Assembly (NCBI GenBank): GCA_020434495.1
Contig: JAGRAT010000082.1
Location: 1-11,342, forward strand
Reading direction: 5' to 3'
Origin: Bdellovibrionales bacterium
Lineage (GTDB): Bacteria > Bdellovibrionota_C > UBA2361 > RFPC01
Length of the DNA: 11,342 nt
The translations under genes were made by a program, and so were the position numbers. Each line of letters opens with the position of its first letter. The stretch's first letter is position 1. The notes below the pieces were generated by a model. It made no database searches and was not told the DNA's origin. It worked only from the letters and a program-made list of their open reading frames with translations. This document shows positions 1 through 8,328 of the stretch, piece after piece.

Positions 1-132
1 TGACAATCCACTCCTACCAGAGTGGAGAGTAGGTAAAGTTTGGTCTAACCGCTTGAGTTGGATAACCGTTCGCATAAAATTGTGCTTCTACGTGGCTGCC
101 TCTGTTAGCCACCTTTTCAAGGGAAGGTACTA

Positions 133-1794
133 TTGCAACAAAAGCTTGGCACAGTCATTCAATCTCCAGATAAACTCTTTGATATTTCGGCTGCTAACAT
201 GCCGGGCGATGGCATCGGTCGAGAAGTAGCAGCAGAGGCTATTGCTCTGCTCGAACAGGCTGGACGGTTAAGTGGACGACCAATCTTTAATTTTCAGCAT
301 TTCCTTCACCTTGGTGCCCGTTACATGGAAGACACAGGACAGTCTTGGACCCCTGCTGAACGAGATTTTATCGTAAATGAAGCGCAGGCATTCTTTATGA
401 TCGCCCTTGAGCCGGTGAGGAAAGAAGCGGGTTTCCCAGAGGCGAAGCGTTTTCAACATATGGAGGAGATTATCCTCCAAGGTGGACGGGTCGGTAAGGC
501 GACGAACATTAATATGCGCCCGGTTGTTGAGCCACACCCGGATTTTCGTTTGACACATACGCCTCAAACTGGAGGATTTCGGCTGTTCCTTACCAAGGGA
601 GATTCCAGCGAAGAGTTGTTACCAGCAGGCTTCGAAAGTTCAGCCGATGGAAAAACGTGTGTTGTTACGGAGTGTCACCGTCGAGAGGATTATCGTTCTG
701 CTATTCGAAATGGCATTGCCGCTACGCAGGAGGAATCGCTCGGACAGCCAGCAGCAGGAACTTTACTTGGTGGGGTGAGTAAGTGGAATGTTCTTAAGCA
801 CGCACACCGGATGGCCATGGTCGGTGCGTTTGAAGACCTTGCTGAGGAGATCTCTAATGCCGTGGGAGCAGGGTGTAACCCGCGACTCTTGACGGATTCT
901 TTCTGTGAACTCCTCGTACGTGCGCCCGAGAAAGCACCGCGGATACTCGTTTCTGATGCAACTCACGGGGCGTTACTGAGCCCAATGCTTGAGGCTTTGA
1001 ACGCGGGAGCGAGGGAACCACTCACTAAGCAGGTTAACCTTGTCATCGTTCGTGAGAACATTGAAGGCATGTACCGACAGATCGGCGAAGTGATTGAAGA
1101 AGTTGGTGGCCAACCGCAAGCGGTTACGCAGAAAGGAATTTTCACAGAGAGGATGATTCGAGAGGTCGTTGATGCTGGAATAGAGATAGCGATTGATCGA
1201 AGAAGTAGAGGACTAGACCACGGTATAAACGCCGTCACTGTGGTCCTTCCAGAGAGTTGGCCAGTCGCTGCCGAGCTTTGGAAGGAGATCGCGTTAAAGG
1301 TTGGAGAAGAGAAGTACTATCCCGTTAAATTCATGAATGGGTCAGAATTCCTCCTTCGATGCGTTACTGATCCTGACAGCATTGCTCAAGGAGTCTACGT
1401 TGCTTCGAACATGCTGGGGGACATTATAGGAGATGCTGCTGCAGGACTCGTAGGGGGACTGGGAGTGCCGGCTACTCATAATTTCAATTACGCGCGGCAT
1501 GGTTTCCGTCATACTGGAATGACGACCTCAGAACCACTTGGAGGAACAGCTCCTGATATAGCCGGGAAGGGTATTGCAAATCCGATAGCCGCGTTGCTGA
1601 CAGCTGGTGCAATGCTTCGCTATTACGGACATCCCGAACTTGAAGATAATTTGCTACGGGCAATTCATGATGTCACCGAGAGAAGCCCTGAACTCCGTAC
1701 TCCAGACATTGGTGGCCCTTCTCGGGATACCGCAACAAAGGAGTTTGGATCGGCTATTCGCAAGAGATTTGCTGAGATTACCAACGGCAGGTAG
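133..1794 (+). CDS. Isocitrate/isopropylmalate dehydrogenase family protein (beta-decarboxylating dehydrogenase fold) with a large internal insertion. The start is either TTG at 133 or ATG at 199.
   Basis: N-terminal dinucleotide-fold motif ANMPGDGIGREV (compare LeuB AVLPGDGIGPEV). Central VRENIEGMY (compare IDH IVRENTEGEY and LeuB VRELTGGIY). C-terminal NMLGDIIGDAAAGLVGGLGVPAT...GGTAPDIAGKGIANPIAALLTAGAMLRY almost colinear with LeuB NLFGDILSDE...[28 protein letters not shown]. The ORF is 553 aa against roughly 350-420 aa for the family. GGGAAGG lies 5 nt upstream of TTG 133. Confidence 0.8.
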   Translation: MQQKLGTVIQSPDKLFDISAANMPGDGIGREVAAEAIALLEQAGRLSGRPIFNFQHFLHLGARYMEDTGQSWTPAERDFIVNEAQAFFMIALEPVRKEAGFPEAKRFQHMEEIILQGGRVGKATNINMRPVVEPHPDFRLTHTPQTGGFRLFLTKGDSSEELLPAGFESSADGKTCVVTECHRREDYRSAIRNGIAATQEESLGQPAAGTLLGGVSKWNVLKHAHRMAMVGAFEDLAEEISNAVGAGCNPRLLTDSFCELLVRAPEKAPRILVSDATHGALLSPMLEALNAGAREPLTKQVNLVIVRENIEGMYRQIGEVIEEVGGQPQAVTQKGIFTERMIREVVDAGIEIAIDRRSRGLDHGINAVTVVLPESWPVAAELWKEIALKVGEEKYYPVKFMNGSEFLLRCVTDPDSIAQGVYVASNMLGDIIGDAAAGLVGGLGVPATHNFNYARHGFRHTGMTTSEPLGGTAPDIAGKGIANPIAALLTAGAMLRYYGHPELEDNLLRAIHDVTERSPELRTPDIGGPSRDTATKEFGSAIRKRFAEITNGR

Positions 1795-1814
1795 TTCAAC
1801 GATCGAACTTCCTA

Positions 1815-1846
1815 CAGCGGGAAAATGGAGCGCCCACATTTTTTTT
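1815..1846 (+). terminator. Possible weak intrinsic terminator or T-tract downstream of the dehydrogenase-family gene.
   Basis: Run of 8 T (1839-1846) preceded by GC-rich CAGCGGGAAAATGGAGCGCCCACA, which has only imperfect stem potential. The T-tract is clear; the hairpin is weak. Confidence 0.25.
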
Positions 1847-1910
1847 GCTTAACAAATTTAGTTCTTTATCCTTTTGCCTCGGAGATCGGGCAAAAGAAGG
1901 GGATGTCTTC

Positions 1911-4553
1911 ATGCGGCAAGCTACAGAGGTGCATCGAGCGTCACCTGAAGTTGATCAATACGACAAACTTGAATCCGAGGGCTTTTCCTCCAAACGTTCG
2001 CTTGGCCTCGGAAAACTCGCCAGTCTATTTGCTGCCTTTGTCCTTAGTACATCATTAGGGTCTGAAATTGGAGCACAAAATCGACCGGAGCGCCCAGCTT
2101 CGTCACCGTCAGAAAATTTGCCGCCAATTCCTAAAAACTACAATCCCGAGAGTGAAGCTGGAGCAAGAGCGTTTCTCGCACACCACGGTGTGAAACCAGA
2201 AGACTTGAAGATACTCCCGACCGAGGATGCTAGTGGAAATATCTCCTTCTCAGTAGTGGTTAAGGAAAAGAGAGAGTTCGTTTCCTTTTCGGAAAAAGTA
2301 GATTCCAAGAAGTGGGATTTGCGCGGCGGTTCTGCCATCGCGCTGAAACCCGGCGCTGATGCTTCAGAGTGGTATGCGGATATTCAAAATAACAACGGCG
2401 TGCGAAGGACAGTTCCCTTTGAGGAGCTAAAGGATCGGTTCGACCGGTCTCGCTTCTTTGTCTCGATTGAACTGTTCGGGCGTGATAGTGAGGGAGTGCA
2501 ATTCTATATCGGAACAGGTGTGCTTAAACCGCAACAGTTCACAGTTCGGGAGTTGTCCCGTTTGAAGGAAGAGAAGTCAGAGGCAGAGACTCCTGCTCGA
2601 GAACAGGTTGATACAGAAAAACAAGAACCGAATGCGACTCTAAAGTATGTCTGGCCAGGGTTAGCGCATGTTTGGGTAGGGCATGGAGAAGATAAAGTTA
2701 CCCAAGAAGAGCTAAGAGCTGAGGTAGAAGATCAACGGAACTCTCTTTGGAACGGGCGGCAAGTTTCTCTGCAAGCTGCTCGAAATGAAGTAGTGGCATT
2801 CAATCTTGTCCTTGAAGCGCCAGAAGGAGTGGCCAAAGATGTCACTGTTGAACTTCCAAAGCTCCAGAATAAAGCTCGTAAATACACCATCGATTCTAGA
2901 GAAACGAAGGGGGATGGGCTCTTTGATTACAGAAACCGTCCTATAGAACTCTTCGTCGTTGATTACCTTGAAATTAAAGGATTGAGTCGCGTTGGATGGG
3001 AAACCTACGATGAACGCCACATTCCAGAGCGTATGCGACGGCCATATTCCGGGGAAGGGTTCGGGGCAGGCAGTTGGAGTGATCGGCCAGATGCGAATCG
3101 GCACTATCCAGATATCGCCGTCCCGATTGAGGCAAAAGGTAAATTTTCTATCCAACCCGGTGCTAGTCAAAGTGTGTGGGTTGACGTATTCGTTCCCGTC
3201 GATGCTCCCTCTGGAAAGTACCAAGGAGAGATAGAGGTTCGTGAGAACGGGAAGCAATGGAAGAAAATTCCAGTTGAGCTTACCGTAATGGACTTCACCC
3301 TCCCGTTAGAACCCGCGGTGAATACTGTCATTCATATCGGGCAAGGCGAGGTAAAGCGACATCTTGGGATTCAAGAACCATCCACTGATAAAGAGTGGGA
3401 TCAGGCAAGAGAGCTTCGTGATAAATACTTTCAGATGCTGCACCGCCATGGCCTGATGGGAATTGGAGATGATGCTAGGGCTTGGGCAAGTGGAGGAGGG
3501 CACCCAAGTGAAGATTGGATCCCTCGGCTTTCCGGAGATCTCTTTACTCCGCGCCATCACTATGAAGGGCTTGGCCAAGGGGTGCCGAATGACGTCTATT
3601 CCGTAGGAACCTACGGCACATGGAATTGGAAGAATTTCGATCTCAGTACCCCAGCTGGTGTGGAGCAGGCTCGGTCCGCGATGTGGAAGCGAACCGATGA
3701 GTGGATGAAATGGTTTGCAAAATATGCCCCTGATGCTGAGGTGTTTCTCTACCTGGCTGATGAAAGTGATGATTTCACCTCTCTTGAAAGCTGGGCCAGG
3801 TTTATGAATGAGAATCCGGGTATCGGCAGGAGTATGAAATCATTTGCTACTATCTCGCTTCCCGATGCTCAACATCACGTGCCAGGGTTGGACATTGCTG
3901 CTACCCAGGCCGGTGCAGCTGGCATCCTCGATGAATGGATGGAGGCAGCGAGCTATTTTCGCGATCATCCCGAAAAAGAGCTTTACTATTACAATGGAGT
4001 ACGTCCACGCTCGGGAACTCTTTTGACAGAGGATGATGGGGTCTCTCCTCGAATGATTCCGCTTGTCGTTGAGAGAATGGCTCTCGATGGTTGGTTCTAT
4101 TGGGAATCAACTTACTACAACAACTATCAAGGCGGGACCGGTGAAACGAATGTCTTCGAACAGGCGCAGACCTTTGGAGGCAATAGCGCAGACAATGGAG
4201 AGCTCGGCCGGAACGGCTGGAACTACTCAAATGGGGACGGTGTACTTTTTTACCCTGGAACAGACACGGTGTTCCCTGAGGAGTCCCTTGGACTTCCTGG
4301 ACCCATCGCAAGCATACGACTGAAGTTGCTCCGTAGAGGCATGCTTGATGCTGCTTACGTCAAGCTCGCTGAAGAAAAAGATCCAAAGGCGACAGCAGAT
4401 ATTCTAAGGACTCTCTTGCCCAAGGTGCTATGGGAAATGGGAGTTTCGGATCAAGAGGACCCCACTTGGCTGCGGTCCGATATCTCTTGGTCTAATGACC
4501 CAGAGGTTTGGGAGGACGCTAGGAAAAAGTTGGCAAAGATAATCACTCGATAG
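1911..4553 (+). CDS. Secreted or membrane-anchored DUF4091-like protein, a putative GH123-type glycoside hydrolase. The ORF-track frame opens at TTG 1845; ATG 1911 is preferred.
   Basis: Long ORF with the RBS-like GAAGGGG 7 nt upstream of ATG 1911. Hydrophobic signal-like segment LGKLASLFAAFVLSTSLGSEIGA. C-terminal half has WFYWESTYYNNYQGG...NGWNYSNGDGVLFYPG and an adjacent Asp-Glu in FLYLADESDDF, reminiscent of DUF4091/GH123-like enzymes. The family assignment rests on motif recall, not a search. Confidence 0.55.
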   Translation: MRQATEVHRASPEVDQYDKLESEGFSSKRSLGLGKLASLFAAFVLSTSLGSEIGAQNRPERPASSPSENLPPIPKNYNPESEAGARAFLAHHGVKPEDLKILPTEDASGNISFSVVVKEKREFVSFSEKVDSKKWDLRGGSAIALKPGADASEWYADIQNNNGVRRTVPFEELKDRFDRSRFFVSIELFGRDSEGVQFYIGTGVLKPQQFTVRELSRLKEEKSEAETPAREQVDTEKQEPNATLKYVWPGLAHVWVGHGEDKVTQEELRAEVEDQRNSLWNGRQVSLQAARNEVVAFNLVLEAPEGVAKDVTVELPKLQNKARKYTIDSRETKGDGLFDYRNRPIELFVVDYLEIKGLSRVGWETYDERHIPERMRRPYSGEGFGAGSWSDRPDANRHYPDIAVPIEAKGKFSIQPGASQSVWVDVFVPVDAPSGKYQGEIEVRENGKQWKKIPVELTVMDFTLPLEPAVNTVIHIGQGEVKRHLGIQEPSTDKEWDQARELRDKYFQMLHRHGLMGIGDDARAWASGGGHPSEDWIPRLSGDLFTPRHHYEGLGQGVPNDVYSVGTYGTWNWKNFDLSTPAGVEQARSAMWKRTDEWMKWFAKYAPDAEVFLYLADESDDFTSLESWARFMNENPGIGRSMKSFATISLPDAQHHVPGLDIAATQAGAAGILDEWMEAASYFRDHPEKELYYYNGVRPRSGTLLTEDDGVSPRMIPLVVERMALDGWFYWESTYYNNYQGGTGETNVFEQAQTFGGNSADNGELGRNGWNYSNGDGVLFYPGTDTVFPEESLGLPGPIASIRLKLLRRGMLDAAYVKLAEEKDPKATADILRTLLPKVLWEMGVSDQEDPTWLRSDISWSNDPEVWEDARKKLAKIITR

Positions 4554-4774
4554 GGCGATAGGTGGCTCACAGGCATCTTATCCGAAGCACTAGCACTGCC
4601 CGATCATTGCGCGTTCTGGGGGGCCTTTGGCTACAGATTGTCAGAAATTCCCCCTGATTCTGCTAATTCTCACATTGGTTGGAAGGTTGATTGCGATGTT
4701 GTGAAGCTTGGCCTGTCAGTCGGATAGGTAAGTCGGTCTGGCAGAGAGTTAGGACTACTTTAAGAAGTTGAATT

Positions 4775-6682
4775 ATGACTTTACGGACAGCAAAGCGAGA
4801 ACCCTTTCACGAGTTGCCACTCAGCGATTTCGTTCAATTGGTAGCTCCGAAAAGCAAGGACTATCAGGGACCAAACAGTTTTCTCATCCCAGGTACCGAG
4901 CGAAAGGTCTCCATTCGAGAGATTGCTAATGATCCATTGCGCATCACAAAGACACCGAACCTGAAAGTAGCCTATGCGCAGGTGAAAACAGAGCCTGGAG
5001 CATTTGAGGAGAATCTCCGTGTGCATACCGAGGCTATGGCGAGGGCGCACGAGAGGGGGGCACATCTGCTACAGTTTCCCGAGATGTCTTTGCCGCATTA
5101 CTGTTCTCTAGATCTTTTGCTCGATCGAGACTATCTAAAGGCCCAGGAAGCCTGGCTTCAAGAAATAGTTGAGTTCTCAAAGAAAACTCCAGAACTTACT
5201 ACCGCGGTTGGCTATGTTGATGTGGATTGGGAGAGGGAACGAGCGGGCGGGAGGCCATACAATCGGAATGCTCTTGCGATAATTCGTGATGGCGAAGTGC
5301 TGGGTGTCGTTCACAAGAAGCTGCTCCCAAACTACGCTGTTTTCGATGAACACCGATGGTACGAACCAGGGACCGAGACCAAAGTCTTTGAAATCAACGG
5401 CACGAAGGTTGGTTTTCTCATCTGTGAAGACATCTGGGTCAAGGGATACGACGTTAATCCTATCGAGGATCTTGTAAATGCCGGTGCAGAGTTTCTCTCT
5501 CACTCGCAGGCATCACCATTTCATATTGGAAAGAATGCAACGAGAGCAGAGCTTGCTCAGTCCATTACTGATACCTATGGAATTCCCTTCGGCAGTGTGA
5601 ATGCCGTTGGTACCTTTGACGGATACGAGGGAGATCTGCCATTTGATGGACGAGGTATTGTACGTTCTGCAGATGGGCAGTGGCTTGCAATGGGAGCAGC
5701 TTATAACGAAGAGCTATTGCTACTCGATCCGTTCAGAGCAGCCCCAGACAAGATACCTGAACTCATGCCGATGCAGGAGCTCATTCTCTCTGTTGTTGAT
5801 TCGATGCAGAGCTACTTTAGCCGGCTGGATCAGGTAACTGGACAGACGAACTGCGCTGTGGTCGGTAACAGTGGTGGAATTGATTCAGCCGTGATCATTG
5901 CGCTTCTCCACCTAGCGATTGGACCGGACAGAATCCAAGCTATTAGTTTGCCGACAGTGATTAACTCTGAGGAAACAAAAGGTGATGCTCAAGAACTTGC
6001 TCACAATTTTGGTGTATCGTCTCGTGAAGTTTCGATTCAAGAGACATATGACTCCGTTAAGAAGCTGCTTTCTGAGGCGATAGAACTTGATCCGACAACT
6101 GACAATCGGGTTTCTCAGAATGCTCAGGCGCGGCTCAGAACGCTCGTATTGATGGCGTATTCTCAAGCGTTGGGTGGTGTGATGATTAACACCAGTAACA
6201 AGACTGAGCGCTTTACTAACAATTTTACTATCTATGCCGATTCGTCAGGGGCGTTCGGTCCAATAGCTGATGTTGATAAGGATAGAGTGTACGAGATGGC
6301 TCGATACCTTAACAAAGTGTTCGAGCAGATGGATGGCAAGCCGCGGATCCCTCAATCGATCATAGACCGAGAAGCGTCGGCTGAGCTCGATTTTCATCAG
6401 GTAGATGCCAATGTGATGGGGGGCAAACCTGAAGAGATCGCTCCTTTCATTCGAACCCTCATTGAGCAGGGACTGAATTCCTTTCCAAGTATGCGAGCAG
6501 CACTTCCTGACTCGGTAACTGATGAACTGATTAAACGTTGGGTTGGATCCATCGGAGCCTCCGAGTGGAAGGGAAGGCAATTGCCTCCAGGTACCCGTGT
6601 TACTCCTGTAGCCGCAGGATTCAATAGAAGAATCCCTATTAATCACCGGTGGAGAGGGCAGTTGCCAGGGGGAGCCGCATAA
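4775..6682 (+). CDS. nadE: Glutamine-dependent NAD(+) synthetase, with an N-terminal carbon-nitrogen hydrolase domain and a C-terminal NAD synthetase PP-loop ATP pyrophosphatase domain.
   Basis: CN-hydrolase signatures: LKVAYAQV...FPEMSL (Glu), VVHKKLLPNYAVFDEHRWYEPG (Lys) and GFLICEDIW (Cys). PP-loop motif VVGNSGGIDSAV followed by the NAD synthetase-like region. ATG start at 4775. About 60 aa precede the CN-hydrolase core. Confidence 0.9.
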   Translation: MTLRTAKREPFHELPLSDFVQLVAPKSKDYQGPNSFLIPGTERKVSIREIANDPLRITKTPNLKVAYAQVKTEPGAFEENLRVHTEAMARAHERGAHLLQFPEMSLPHYCSLDLLLDRDYLKAQEAWLQEIVEFSKKTPELTTAVGYVDVDWERERAGGRPYNRNALAIIRDGEVLGVVHKKLLPNYAVFDEHRWYEPGTETKVFEINGTKVGFLICEDIWVKGYDVNPIEDLVNAGAEFLSHSQASPFHIGKNATRAELAQSITDTYGIPFGSVNAVGTFDGYEGDLPFDGRGIVRSADGQWLAMGAAYNEELLLLDPFRAAPDKIPELMPMQELILSVVDSMQSYFSRLDQVTGQTNCAVVGNSGGIDSAVIIALLHLAIGPDRIQAISLPTVINSEETKGDAQELAHNFGVSSREVSIQETYDSVKKLLSEAIELDPTTDNRVSQNAQARLRTLVLMAYSQALGGVMINTSNKTERFTNNFTIYADSSGAFGPIADVDKDRVYEMARYLNKVFEQMDGKPRIPQSIIDREASAELDFHQVDANVMGGKPEEIAPFIRTLIEQGLNSFPSMRAALPDSVTDELIKRWVGSIGASEWKGRQLPPGTRVTPVAAGFNRRIPINHRWRGQLPGGAA

Positions 6683-6706
6683 GGTCAGAGGACGTTCATT
6701 AAAATA

Positions 6707-8278
6707 CTAAGGAGTTCCTATCCAGGCTCGAAGATGTCTACCCCATTCCGATGTGGAGTCTCGAAAAGTGGATGGCAAGTCAACACGAGTTAGAACGAGT
6801 TGTACCGGCAAATGGTTGTAAAGGGTTGCAGTATTGAATCCTGGAGGGAACTGATTGCGTGGATCTCGATAATCGTAAGTCATGATTCGGAACAGTGACT
6901 CGTCAAACACCGGCATCTTTGGTGTTGCTCCCGGTGCTTCCTGATAGGGGCGATCCAATGGAAGAGAACTGCCGTCAATAAATTGAGCTGTTGGCACATC
7001 GCCGTATGATACTGAAGAAAGAGGTTTTGGATACTGTTTCCAGTTATCTCTATCGATCAGATAACGCAGATATCCCCGATCTTCTCCGCACACTCCGTGC
7101 ACTAATTCATGGACGAATGTCCTTCCGATCGCCATGTTCTTTGATGGATCAGGATCGAAAATCTCTATCTCTCCATCGCCGTACCGCAATCCAAAAAGAT
7201 CTGCGCGAATTGTTGGGCATCGATATATGGCGTGAATGTCCTCCGCAAAAAGAATGCGGCCTTTCGGAAGCGCAATTCTGGTCGCCTTCTCGAGATACTT
7301 CTCGCATTGGAGGAGCTCAAACTCAGTCCATTTCCGTTCGTCATTCTTGACACTAACTGAACCGTCCTCATTTCGCCTCAGTCGCTTTTCTTGAAATCTT
7401 GGGTTGAGTGTTGAGCCAACCGCGTCCCAAATTTCCTTCCCTTCTTCGAGTTCGCTATGAACAAACGAAAGTCCAAAATTTCGAAGCATCCTGTCCTTTA
7501 TGACTTCGGCTCTATAGAAGGCTGGAAACTCTTCCATCGGATTTTTCATAGCTGCCATCTCGGTAAGGCAATACGCTCTTGAATACTGTAGAGCTCCGTT
7601 CAATTGTCGCCAAAGATTGGTGCGTTGGAGACTCGAATTTTCCTCTAGCACTTTTTGAATCTCCTGATGTCGCTCCATTAAAGCGCTATACAAGCCGGCA
7701 AGTTCTCGATCCAGAAGGGGACTTGGGCATTCAGGTAAATCATTGAGGTTGGCGAGTTTCGGGAGGAGCTCGGCGCAAACGGCGAGGTGCCTCGCACGAT
7801 GAGAAGAGCTTCCTAGCATCTGTTCTTTGCCAAGGGTCCGAACAACTGTTTCCAATTCGGCTGTATCTTTCGTGTAGAGCAAGATGGCATCGACAAAATC
7901 CCTCGCATCTTCATCGAAGGCTCGTGGGTCTCGATCAATCAGTGGAAAGAACTCTTCTAGAAGTATGCAGCGAGTCTCCAGATCTTGAAGCGCAACTAGG
8001 TAACGCTCGGTTTCGATTTTCTCCATTTTCGAGGAAGCCAAATACTCTTCTGTGACACCGGCTTTTTCTCCGAGAGCGGCTACTGCTTTAAAAACTCGTT
8101 GGAAGGTAAATTCTTCCTTACCTGTATCACGTTCGAAGGCAACAGCGCCTTCTAGATCATTAGCTACTTCACTTCCGGTTTTGGGAGTCGTTGAGCATGC
8201 CGCCAGTGTCAGGGCCAATGCGGCTACCTGCGTGGGTAAATGTTTTCTTAGAGGTTCCACGTCGACTACCCGGACCAT
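6707..8278 (-). CDS. Hypothetical lipoprotein with an HExxH motif, a possible zinc metallopeptidase of an uncharacterised family.
   Basis: ATG start (reverse complement of 8276-8278) with AAGGT about 9 nt upstream on the - strand. N-terminal ...QVAALALTLAACS contains a lipobox (L-A-A-C). Single HExxH in the context GRTFVHELVHGVCGEDRGY near the C-terminal third. No other recognisable family signature. Converges on nadE with a 24-bp gap. Confidence 0.7.
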   Translation of the reverse strand: MVRVVDVEPLRKHLPTQVAALALTLAACSTTPKTGSEVANDLEGAVAFERDTGKEEFTFQRVFKAVAALGEKAGVTEEYLASSKMEKIETERYLVALQDLETRCILLEEFFPLIDRDPRAFDEDARDFVDAILLYTKDTAELETVVRTLGKEQMLGSSSHRARHLAVCAELLPKLANLNDLPECPSPLLDRELAGLYSALMERHQEIQKVLEENSSLQRTNLWRQLNGALQYSRAYCLTEMAAMKNPMEEFPAFYRAEVIKDRMLRNFGLSFVHSELEEGKEIWDAVGSTLNPRFQEKRLRRNEDGSVSVKNDERKWTEFELLQCEKYLEKATRIALPKGRILFAEDIHAIYRCPTIRADLFGLRYGDGEIEIFDPDPSKNMAIGRTFVHELVHGVCGEDRGYLRYLIDRDNWKQYPKPLSSVSYGDVPTAQFIDGSSLPLDRPYQEAPGATPKMPVFDESLFRIMTYDYRDPRNQFPPGFNTATLYNHLPVQLVLTRVDLPSTFRDSTSEWGRHLRAWIGTP

Positions 8279-8294
8279 TGATAGTTACCTTACA

Positions 8295-8328
8295 AATTCT
8301 GCAAAAATTTGAGGGATTACGGAAATTT
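8295..8328. promoter_or_regulatory. Imperfect tandem direct repeat with 18-bp period (AAATTTGAGGGATTAC and AAATTTGAAGGGTAAG) in the divergent intergenic region, a candidate operator or regulator-binding site.
   Basis: Seen directly: copy 1 at 8295-8310 and copy 2 at 8313-8328 share AAATTTGA.GGG.TA.. Located 17-50 bp upstream of the lipoprotein gene start on the - strand. Confidence 0.3.

Noticed and set aside
268-1238. Antisense ORFs (268-567, 763-966 and 963-1238, - strand) inside the dehydrogenase-family gene
   Set aside because: They overlap a CDS with strong family motifs on the opposite strand. They are short, have no RBS and show no recognisable features.
1845-1910. TTG-initiated 22-codon N-terminal extension of the DUF4091-like CDS
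   Set aside because: ATG 1911 is preceded by GAAGGGG at 7 nt. The TTG at 1845 sits within the T-tract of a putative terminator and has no RBS. The true start remains somewhat uncertain.
2712-4323. ORFs within the DUF4091-like gene: antisense 2712-3257 (181 aa), 3306-3578 and 3901-4311 on the - strand; out-of-frame same-strand 2992-3234, 3844-4026 and 4063-4323 on the + strand
   Set aside because: Fully embedded in a long coherent + strand CDS. Translations are low-information and lack motifs, so these are most likely chance ORFs.
4554-4774. 220-bp intergenic region upstream of nadE, examined for tRNA or small RNA
   Set aside because: No tRNA-like T-loop (GTTCRANYC) or cloverleaf, and no convincing promoter hexamers. 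Only a short direct repeat GTCGG (4718-4738). Nothing supportable.
4781-6646. ORFs inside nadE: antisense 4781-5065, 5177-5503, 5912-6166, 6245-6646 and 6397-6624 on the - strand; out-of-frame same-strand 5286-5477 and 5601-5837 on the + strand
   Set aside because: nadE is unambiguous on the + strand. These are shadow ORFs.
6991-7371. ORFs inside the lipoprotein gene: + strand 6991-7350, which is antisense to the gene, and - strand out-of-frame 7165-7371
   Set aside because: Embedded in or antisense to a 523-aa CDS with lipobox and HExxH. No supporting signals.
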